Assembly: GCA_022571865.1 (NCBI GenBank) | Contig: JACZXA010000101.1 | Location: forward strand, 1 to 17,057 | DNA from: Pseudomonadota bacterium | GTDB lineage: Bacteria > Pseudomonadota > Gammaproteobacteria > Pseudomonadales > Azotimanducaceae | Length of the DNA stretch: 17,057 nucleotides | Reading direction: 5' to 3' | In this document: piece after piece, positions 1-6,401 of the stretch | How the letters are laid out: every line of letters starts with the position of its first letter | How positions within the stretch are numbered: the stretch's first letter is position 1 | Program-made: the position numbers and the translations under genes | The notes under the pieces: generated by a model | Database searches by the model: none | Told to the model about the DNA's origin: nothing | Seen by the model: only the letters and a program-made list of their open reading frames with translations

Positions 1-541
1 ACTCGTCGCACTCATGGGGGGAGAAATCGGCGTGCGGTCTGCACTGGGCAAAGGCAGCACGTTCTGGTTCACCATCGCAGCAGAAACCACCTCCGATGAG
101 ACAAGCACAACTCACGTTGCTAATTCTGTCGTCCGGATCACTCCAAAAATCATTGCGCACCGTGTGCTGGTGGCAGAAGACAACGAGGTTAACCAACGGG
201 TGGCCAAAAGCATGCTCGAGAAGATCAGCTGTGAAGTCGAACTGGCCGACAACGGCCGCGAAGCCGTTGAAATCATTTCCCGGAAACGGTTTGATCTCAT
301 TTTCATGGATTGCCAAATGCCTGCCATGGACGGGTTGGATGCCACGCGAACAATTCGGCAACTCGAGCGGAAAAACAATCGGAAGCATCAGCCCATCGTT
401 GCAATGACGGCTCATGCCATGAAAGAACATAGACAGGCTAGCTTAGACGCAGGGATGGACGATCACATCACAGAACCCATCAACATAGGCGACCTGCGGC
501 GAATGCTAGACAACTGGTCGGCTCAGCATACGGAGTCTTAG
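1..541 (+). CDS. C-terminal fragment of a hybrid sensor histidine kinase: end of the HATPase_c domain plus a complete receiver (REC) domain. The 5' end is truncated by the window edge.
   Basis: Frame 2 is open from the window edge. The G2-box-like GKGSTFWFT is followed by a CheY-like receiver: VLVAEDNEVN acidic pair, FDLIFMDCQMPAMDG phospho-acceptor Asp, VAMTAHA Thr, then DDHITEPI. Stop TAG at 539-541. Confidence 0.85.
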   Translation, partial: LVALMGGEIGVRSALGKGSTFWFTIAAETTSDETSTTHVANSVVRITPKIIAHRVLVAEDNEVNQRVAKSMLEKISCEVELADNGREAVEIISRKRFDLIFMDCQMPAMDGLDATRTIRQLERKNNRKHQPIVAMTAHAMKEHRQASLDAGMDDHITEPINIGDLRRMLDNWSAQHTES

Positions 542-576
542 GCTGTTGCCGGCCCGCGCTGGTCAAGACCTAGCCC

Positions 577-604
577 TTGAAATACGCAAATCCGACCCTA
601 GAAT
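577..604 (+). promoter_or_regulatory. Sigma70-like promoter for the NfeD-flotillin operon: TTGAAA, 16 nt, TAGAAT.
   Basis: TTGAAA at 577-582 and TAGAAT at 599-604 with a 16-nt spacer, about 40 bp upstream of the NfeD-like start. The strong SD AAGGGGGAA lies just before ATG 642. Confidence 0.4.
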
Positions 605-641
605 AGTGGCTTCGGTATCTCAATAACACTAAGGGGGAACT

Positions 642-1262
642 ATGGCCGAATGGTTCGACAGCCTTTCAGGTATCGAACAATTTCTCTTTTCCACTGGTGT
701 TTTCTCGACACTTATCTTCGCCATTCAGTTCGGTCTATCGTTGTTTGGCCTCTCCGATGACGACTCGGATACCGGCAGTGACGGAAGCGACAGTGGGTTC
801 GAGTTTGGCGATGTCTTCACCATACGCAACGGCGTGTCGTTTCTAATGGGCTTCTCGTGGGGAGGCCTGATGGCATACGGCTGGGGGCTCACTCACACTT
901 TTTTTGTTGCTTCCGTCGGATTTCTGATCGGCTCCAGTCTTGTTGGAGTCAACATGTTACTTCTGTTCGGCATGTCACAGCTGCAACATCAGGGTAACGT
1001 GAAGCTCGAAAACGCCATTGGTGAAGAGGCTAGAGTAACGTTAAGTATCCCCGGAAGCAGAACCGGGGTTGGGAAAGCAACGGTTTCATTTCAGGGCAGA
1101 CTCAAGGAGTACCATGCTGTTACAGATGGGGAAGCGTTGAGCAGAAATACGACAGTGACTGTCCTTGATCTTTCGGGAAGTCAGCTTGTTGTTGGCACCT
1201 CTCCTCGTGTCTTATCCACGATTAGTTCCCATGTTTCAGGACACCCAATAGAAAAGGAATAA
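642..1262 (+). CDS. NfeD-like / YqiJ-family inner-membrane protein, the partner of a flotillin/SPFH protein.
   Basis: About 206 aa. The N-terminal hydrophobic segments are separated by an acidic D/S/G-rich loop (DDDSDTGSDGSDSG). The C-terminal soluble part (VTLSIPGS...GKATVSFQGRLKEYHAV...TVTVLDLSGSQLVV) looks like the NfeD OB-fold. It sits 2 bp upstream of a flotillin gene, as in yqiJ-yqiK / yuaF-floT pairs. Good RBS. Confidence 0.7.
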   Translation: MAEWFDSLSGIEQFLFSTGVFSTLIFAIQFGLSLFGLSDDDSDTGSDGSDSGFEFGDVFTIRNGVSFLMGFSWGGLMAYGWGLTHTFFVASVGFLIGSSLVGVNMLLLFGMSQLQHQGNVKLENAIGEEARVTLSIPGSRTGVGKATVSFQGRLKEYHAVTDGEALSRNTTVTVLDLSGSQLVVGTSPRVLSTISSHVSGHPIEKE

Positions 1263-1264
1263 TT

Positions 1265-2716
1265 ATGGAAATTCCATATACGCTCGTAGTTGTGGTCATT
1301 TTTGCGCTCGTTGTCGTAAGTGCGGTTCTTGCGGTAGCGAAACGCATCAGAACCTGCCCGTCCAACCGGATTCTCGTCAAGTACGGTCAAGTGGGTGGAA
1401 ACAGTTCAGCAAAAACAATTCACGGCGGCACGACGTTCGTCTGGCCGGTTATTCAGGGGTATAGTTATTTGGACCTGACGCCCATGATGGTCGACATCGG
1501 GCTGGAAGGTGCGCTATCCAAACAGAACATCCGCGTCAACGTACCCTCCCGATTTACGTTCGGGATCGGCACGACCGAAGAACTCATGAACAACGCGGCA
1601 GAGCGTTTGTTGTCGCTCACGACACCGGAAATTGAAGAGACGGCCAAGGACATCATTTTTGGTCAGCTCCGCGCAACGATCGCAACGATGGACATTGAAG
1701 AGATCAACGGAGACCGCGAAAAGTTCGAATCCAGAGTGCTCGACAGCATCGAATCGGAACTGATGAAAATTGGTCTTCGTCTCATCAACGTCAATATCTC
1801 CGACATCACGGATGAGTCAGGCTATATCGAAGCCCTCGGTCAACGGGCGGCGGCCGAAGCAATCAACACAGCGAAAATCGATGTGGCGAAACAAGATCGC
1901 GACGGTGCGGTTGGCGCAGCGATAGCACAGCAGGATCAACGGGTCCGGGTGGCGGATGCTAATGCCAAGGCTATTACCGGCGAGAACCGGGCCAAAGCGA
2001 TTGAAGCGGATTCCGAAGCGAGCCTTCGAGTGGCCAAAGCAGAAGCGAAACGGCTGGGTGATGCATCCGAAGCAGTCAAAGGTGCCGCCGCCGAGCAGGA
2101 AGGATACGAGGCCGAGCAGCGATCTGAAAAAGCACGCGCACAACGTGATAGAGCGACTCAGTTTGCCGACATTGTAGTGCCGGCAGAAATCGAGCGCGAT
2201 CGCGTCACGACGGAAGCTGAAGGCGAAAAATCCAAGGCCGTTCTCGCCGGCCAAGCCGAAGGTGAGGCGCTACAAGCGAAACTCGGCGGCGAAGCCGAAG
2301 GCCGACGAGAGATTCTCGTCAAGATGGGTGAAGGCCTCAAGACGATTGTTGCGGCTGCTGGTGGACACCCCGATGCAGCGGCTCGTCTCATGATCGTCGA
2401 CAAGATCGACGCCATCGTTCAGGCCCAGGCAACCGCGATCAGCAACATCGACTTCGAGAAAGTTGTCGTTTACGACGGCGGTAACGGGAACGCGGTTGGC
2501 GACTTCCTCGGCGGATTGACCCACGCACTGCCTTCTCTGCACGAACTGGCAAAGATGGCCGGTCTGGAACTACCTGACTATCTCGGGGAACTAACCAAGA
2601 GTGGTACTTCAGATTCAATCGCAAAGGCCAAGAGGACTGAAAAAACCACACCAGAAGTTGTGGCAACCGCGCCTGATGTTTCAACCAGCTTCGAAGAAGA
2701 AGGAACGGTGGCCTAA
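1265..2716 (+). CDS. Flotillin-family SPFH (band-7) domain protein, YqiK/FloT-like.
   Basis: N-terminal TM helix (VVVVIFALVVVSAVLAVA), an SPFH-like region, then a long Ala/Glu/Lys-rich coiled coil (AEAINTAKIDVAKQDRDGAVGAAIAQQDQRVRVADANAKA...) typical of flotillins. RBS AAGGAA before the ATG. Translationally coupled to the upstream NfeD-like gene. Confidence 0.85.
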   Translation: MEIPYTLVVVVIFALVVVSAVLAVAKRIRTCPSNRILVKYGQVGGNSSAKTIHGGTTFVWPVIQGYSYLDLTPMMVDIGLEGALSKQNIRVNVPSRFTFGIGTTEELMNNAAERLLSLTTPEIEETAKDIIFGQLRATIATMDIEEINGDREKFESRVLDSIESELMKIGLRLINVNISDITDESGYIEALGQRAAAEAINTAKIDVAKQDRDGAVGAAIAQQDQRVRVADANAKAITGENRAKAIEADSEASLRVAKAEAKRLGDASEAVKGAAAEQEGYEAEQRSEKARAQRDRATQFADIVVPAEIERDRVTTEAEGEKSKAVLAGQAEGEALQAKLGGEAEGRREILVKMGEGLKTIVAAAGGHPDAAARLMIVDKIDAIVQAQATAISNIDFEKVVVYDGGNGNAVGDFLGGLTHALPSLHELAKMAGLELPDYLGELTKSGTSDSIAKAKRTEKTTPEVVATAPDVSTSFEEEGTVA

Positions 2717-2722
2717 GTTAAG

Positions 2723-2942
2723 CCTGATGTGACAATAATGTGCGCGCGCAGACGCGTTATAACAGACAAAATGTGTACGGACGTAGTGCTCGCACAGATT
2801 TCGCGCGTACGCAGTGATGGGAGCATACGCTAGGTTATGTGACCTGAGTGAAAATCACCACGCGCGTAGCTTAAAGTGCGTAGTTTGCCTGTTAAAACGC
2901 GAGCCGTAGGCGGTCTGCGCCGTGGATTATTGTCACATCAGG
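2723..2942. mobile_element. MITE-like non-autonomous element: 220 bp, perfect 17-bp terminal inverted repeats (CCTGATGTGACAATAAT), flanked by the direct repeat GTTAAG(CC).
   Basis: 2723-2739 (CCTGATGTGACAATAAT) is the exact reverse complement of 2926-2942. GTTAAG occurs at 2717-2722 and 2943-2948. The right copy continues as GTTAAGCC, matching 2717-2724. There is no ORF inside. The interior is GC-rich with reiterated GCGCGTAC/GCGCGTAG motifs. It sits immediately after the flotillin TAA stop. Confidence 0.45.
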
Positions 2943-3047
2943 GTTAAGCCCGTGTTCGAATAGTCCGGACTCTGGATCGCGCTAGACAAGGCTTATGCGA
3001 GTCAGGGTCCGAATTGTTCGACGATTCGATGATAGTCGGGATTACGT

Positions 3048-3755
3048 TTACGCAACATGAGAGCCACTGCGGTGATGTTGTCGGCATTGGGAATATCCCC
3101 CCGCGCCATACTTCACAAATAATCCGATATGCTTCTTGTCACTGTTCTTCTTGAGCATGTAATGCAATGCGGTCATTCCCCTGGCGTCCTGATAATCGGG
3201 ATCACAACCAGCATCGAGCAGTAGCCGCGCTGCCCTGAACTTGCTGGTTTTGACCGCGCCGAGAAGTGGGGTTTCTCCCTCGGCAACGGCTTCCAGGGAT
3301 GCCCCAGCCTCGATGAGTAACCTCAACATCTCGAGATCTTCGCTAAAAGAAGCTGCCCACAGACAATGTTCGGGAGTTGATCCTGATTTCAATAAAAACT
3401 TCGCCAGAGGTAAGTTATGCCCACGACCGACGGCGTACCACAACGGCGTTGCACACCAACTGCCTTCTGTAAACGCGGGTGCATTGATATCGAGACCGCG
3501 CTCGAGCAACACAGCCCCAAGCCGGACGCTGTTCTCTGTATTCAGGTTGGTCTTCCTGGAAACGTCTCTGCAAACATCTCTGCAAACATCTTTGCAAACA
3601 TCTTTGCAAACATCGACACCAGCGCAAAGATGTAACCGGTTGCGCCCGCGCTCATCGCGATACCGCAGCAGCTCCGGCTTTTCATCAAGTCCCTTCGAAA
3701 CCTCATCAGCGCTGAAATTTCTAACCAGGGTTATCATTCTAGTTCTGGAGATCAT
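3048..3755 (-). CDS. Ankyrin-repeat protein of about 235 aa carrying an internal tetrapeptide tandem repeat.
   Basis: Ankyrin-repeat signatures: GRNRLHLCAG, TPLWYAVGRGHNLPLAKFLLKSG, TPLLGAVKTSKFRAARLLLDAGCDPDYQDARGMTALHYMLKK. The RBS is weak. GC content appears lower than in neighbouring genes. Confidence 0.7.
   Translation of the reverse strand: MISRTRMITLVRNFSADEVSKGLDEKPELLRYRDERGRNRLHLCAGVDVCKDVCKDVCRDVCRDVSRKTNLNTENSVRLGAVLLERGLDINAPAFTEGSWCATPLWYAVGRGHNLPLAKFLLKSGSTPEHCLWAASFSEDLEMLRLLIEAGASLEAVAEGETPLLGAVKTSKFRAARLLLDAGCDPDYQDARGMTALHYMLKKNSDKKHIGLFVKYGAGGYSQCRQHHRSGSHVA
3556..3615 (-). repeat. In-frame 12-bp tandem repeat, about 5 copies (CTGCAAACATCT / TTGCAAACATCT and one degenerate copy), encoding VDVCKDVCKDVCRDVCRDVSR within the ankyrin protein.
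   Basis: Direct reading gives cctggaaacgtct ctgcaaacatct ctgcaaacatct ttgcaaacatct ttgcaaacatcg. All three forward and reverse frames in the ORF track show 4-aa periodicity across this region (LQTS, ANIF, CLQR repeats). Confidence 0.9.
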
Positions 3756-3936
3756 TACTCATCTCAGGCTGATACCTCGAGCAAGCCTAACGGACCACCA
3801 GCCCGCGAAGCCAGTATCGAATGTGGGCCATTGCGACAGCGCGTCGCTAACCAACACGTAGAAGTTGGTTATACTCACTTTCCAGCTGGGTATTCGCTTG
3901 GAAGCCGAACGCCGAGCGTTCGCGGAGGCCGCCAAC

Positions 3937-4995
3937 ATGACCAAACACGACGAAAGCCTCGGTCCCGAGGGATATCAGGTTGACGCCGTCGAAGCCTGGA
4001 TCGGGGAACACATCGATAGCTTGACCCCGCCGTTCAAATGGACACGCCTGCTAGGGGGTCACTCAAACCTGACCTATCGACTCGAGGACGTTGCAGGAAG
4101 GCAGGCGGTGATCCGTCGTCCACCGCAAGGCGTGTTATTACCCAAAGCACACGACATGAGTCGGGAATGGTCGCTGATTTCCGCATTGGGGCCCACACCG
4201 GTTCCGGTGCCCGAGGCAATCGGATTTTGTGAAAGCCCCGACGTCACGGGTGCCTGGTTTTACGTGATGGGGATGATCGATGGCCACCCGTTGTACAGCG
4301 CCGACGATACGCAACGCTGGGTCCCAGTTGAGCAACGCCAGAAAATGGCGATGTCGTTCATCAACGTACTCGCGGACCTGCACGCGATTGATCCGGACGA
4401 AGTCGGGCTTGGCGCTCTAGGTAAAAAAGAAAACTACGTCGGCCGGCAGTTGAAAACCTGGTATCGATCGTGGACCTCTTCGGTTACGCCTGCGAACTAC
4501 GACGATCCTCGCGCTCATGAGCTACAGGAGTTTTTTCTAGACAACATTCCTGACCAGGGACCTGCCCGTGTCGTACATGGGGATTACGGTGTACACAATT
4601 GCCTAGTTGGCTCCGATTGCACCATTGCTGCAGTGGTTGACTGGGAAATATCCACGCTCGGGGACCCGCTTGCGGACCTCGCTTATGCCTTGAACCAATG
4701 GCCGGATCCGACGGATGCAGAGCCTTTCAAACCGGAGTCTGCGACGGCGCCCCCAGGCTTTCCATCCCGTACACAACTTGCCGAGCGTTACGCCGAACGT
4801 ACGGGACGAGACCTGTCACAACTCGATTATTACGTTGGCTTCAACCGCTGGAAGAGCGCGGCTATCGTACACGGTGTATACGCCCGCTACTGCGAAGGCA
4901 AAAAGAGTACAGAAGGCGTTGATATGGATGGGATGCGGGAGAGCATCGATCGCTCGTTGACGCTTTCAGAACTCGCGGTACGCCGGCTTCAATAG
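3937..4995 (+). CDS. Phosphotransferase (APH/kinase-like) family protein, the type fused at the N-terminus of ACAD10/ACAD11.
   Basis: LLGGHSNLTYRL...AVIRRPP nucleotide-binding region. Catalytic-loop motif VHGDYGVHNCLV (HGD...N). VVDWEISTLGDPLADLAYAL (DxE/D...DPxxDLA). I put the start at ATG 3937 because of the strong GGAGG SD 7-9 nt upstream. The track ORF opens at 3865, but that start has no SD. Confidence 0.85.
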   Translation: MTKHDESLGPEGYQVDAVEAWIGEHIDSLTPPFKWTRLLGGHSNLTYRLEDVAGRQAVIRRPPQGVLLPKAHDMSREWSLISALGPTPVPVPEAIGFCESPDVTGAWFYVMGMIDGHPLYSADDTQRWVPVEQRQKMAMSFINVLADLHAIDPDEVGLGALGKKENYVGRQLKTWYRSWTSSVTPANYDDPRAHELQEFFLDNIPDQGPARVVHGDYGVHNCLVGSDCTIAAVVDWEISTLGDPLADLAYALNQWPDPTDAEPFKPESATAPPGFPSRTQLAERYAERTGRDLSQLDYYVGFNRWKSAAIVHGVYARYCEGKKSTEGVDMDGMRESIDRSLTLSELAVRRLQ

Positions 4996-5040
4996 CCCAC
5001 CTGGATTCCCGTCAGGGCTGAAACCGGGTAGCCCGCCGGA

Positions 5041-5057
5041 CCAACCCACACGGTTGG
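5041..5057. terminator. Candidate bidirectional hairpin (CCAACC-cacac-GGTTGG) between the convergent APH-like and PHP genes.
   Basis: 6-bp perfect stem with a 5-nt loop in the 103-bp gap between the two stop codons. No U-tract, so it is weak. Confidence 0.2.
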
Positions 5058-5098
5058 CACAGCTCGATACGCCGTCCCCACTCGTTCGCAAATTAGTT

Positions 5099-6313
5099 TT
5101 ACTCCGCCGAATCGTCGATCTCGAGCGAGTATTCGAGGATCGGGTGCGTATCGGGAGTTGTCAGCGCATTCAGCACTTCGAAGCTCAACTCGACATTTGC
5201 CAGTCGCGTAACGGTTCTCAGGTACAGCGTCTTTTCCTGATGAGCGGGCACTTCGATGATGTCGTGCTCGCCCAGCGTGAAACCACTCAAATTCCCGAGC
5301 ATCAGATTCGCATCCGAATGGTTGGTCAAAGTGACTTGCAGTACTTCCGTGCCAGGTCGGTAACTCCCGGAGCCCACCGTGAGGGAAGCCTTCAATAGCG
5401 CCAGGAGTTCGCGCGGCCGCCCGATCAAAAGATTCTTGTACCAGACCACCGTCCGCCTTGCGAATAACGCATCCCGAATAGCATTCGCCGAACGTTCTCG
5501 TACAAACACCAGGTTCACCGGGCGATGTCCACCCTCGTGGGGTTTATAGTCCCAGTCGATCAGGTTGTGGACATCCGACACACCAATGAGCGTCAGGTTG
5601 TGATCCAGAGCAATCTGGAAAGATTCTGCCGAGTAAGTCCGGCCGTTTGCGACCTCAATGCCATGAAGCTTGCCGTTGGCCGCATTGGCCGAGTGAAAAG
5701 CGGTGATTTCCGTTTTGCCACTGGTGAAATCACTCCATGAGTGATTCCAGAAAGTAAACGCCCCTTGTTCATTCGCGGCATCCAGGGCTTGCTGGGCGGA
5801 TGTGCTGGTTGAGTTCACATAATACTCTCTCGCGTCGAAAGGCTCAGGAACAGCCCCGGCCACAACCAACGCATTGGCATCACGGATAAAGACCGCATTG
5901 ATGTGGCCATGGGGCGCGCGACGGGTGATCTCCGATCCTGCGATGACGATGAGATCCGAGTCGTCCGGTCTGCTCGCTACGGCTATGTTGTACGAGCGAT
6001 TCCGGTCCGGGTGGGGGATGTCCTCCAGATGAGGCTGCCACTCGAGGTGTTCGGTGATCGCTATTGCATCCAGACCATCGCGTAGCGCTTCCCCGATGCG
6101 AATCCCCGGCCAGACGTGCCCATCCGAGAATACGGAATGCGTATGCAGATCGACGACGAGGGTGTGATATTGGCCCGTATCCGGGAATTCAATTGCGCGG
6201 CCTTCGGACTCACCCGAACTCGCACTGCCATGACCCAGCGATGTTACCGGCACCAACATCGCGGTTGCGACCATGAGAAACGATCGTAGTGTTCTGTCGC
6301 CTGCACTCCACAT
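5099..6313 (-). CDS. Secreted PHP-domain metal-dependent phosphoesterase with a C-terminal beta-rich extension.
   Basis: PHP motifs LVVDLHTHSVFSDGHVWP and DAIAITEH. I place the start at the internal MWSAGDRTLRSFLMVATAMLVPVTSLGHG (ATG at 6313-6311) because it has a strong SD (AAGGGGGAAGGGA) and a signal-peptide-like N-terminus. The longer track ORF starting at 6379 lacks an SD. Confidence 0.75.
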   Translation of the reverse strand: MWSAGDRTLRSFLMVATAMLVPVTSLGHGSASSGESEGRAIEFPDTGQYHTLVVDLHTHSVFSDGHVWPGIRIGEALRDGLDAIAITEHLEWQPHLEDIPHPDRNRSYNIAVASRPDDSDLIVIAGSEITRRAPHGHINAVFIRDANALVVAGAVPEPFDAREYYVNSTSTSAQQALDAANEQGAFTFWNHSWSDFTSGKTEITAFHSANAANGKLHGIEVANGRTYSAESFQIALDHNLTLIGVSDVHNLIDWDYKPHEGGHRPVNLVFVRERSANAIRDALFARRTVVWYKNLLIGRPRELLALLKASLTVGSGSYRPGTEVLQVTLTNHSDANLMLGNLSGFTLGEHDIIEVPAHQEKTLYLRTVTRLANVELSFEVLNALTTPDTHPILEYSLEIDDSAE

Positions 6314-6335
6314 AGTCCCTTCCCCCTTCTTAGAA

Positions 6336-6350
6336 GCGCTATCATAGCGC
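6336..6350. promoter_or_regulatory. 15-bp palindrome GCGCTAT-C-ATAGCGC in the divergent PHP/NMO intergenic region; candidate operator.
   Basis: 7-bp perfect inverted arms with a 1-nt spacer, 23 bp upstream of the PHP start codon and about 50 bp upstream of the NMO start. A TTGACT -35-like hexamer lies at 6364-6369. Confidence 0.3.
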
Positions 6351-6401
6351 CTACCGTATTTTTTGACTTGCGCTGTCATACGCCCGGGGAGGGGCAGGCA
6401 A

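Noticed and set aside
1817-2684. Several minus-strand ORFs of 81-145 aa inside the flotillin gene.
   Set aside because: The GC-rich coiled-coil-coding region generates long antisense open frames. There are no RBSs and no domain signatures.
2711-2950. Integron attC / gene-cassette interpretation, since GTTAAGC fits the GTTRRRY core and GCCTAAG resembles an inverse core.
   Set aside because: The inverted-repeat arms are 186 bp apart rather than forming a compact 60-140 bp attC. There is no cassette ORF. Both GTTAAGC copies are in direct, not inverted, orientation. A TIR plus target-site duplication explains the data better.
3556-3615. A CRISPR-like array suggested by the direct repeats.
   Set aside because: The repeats are contiguous 12-mers with no spacers and are in-frame inside a coding sequence. 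This is a coding tandem repeat, not CRISPR.
3865-3936. Longer N-terminus for the APH-like protein (MVILTFQLGIRLEAERRAFAEAAN).
   Set aside because: The internal ATG at 3937 has a strong GGAGG SD, and the family normally starts close to the GG(H/Q)SN motif. The upstream extension lacks an SD.
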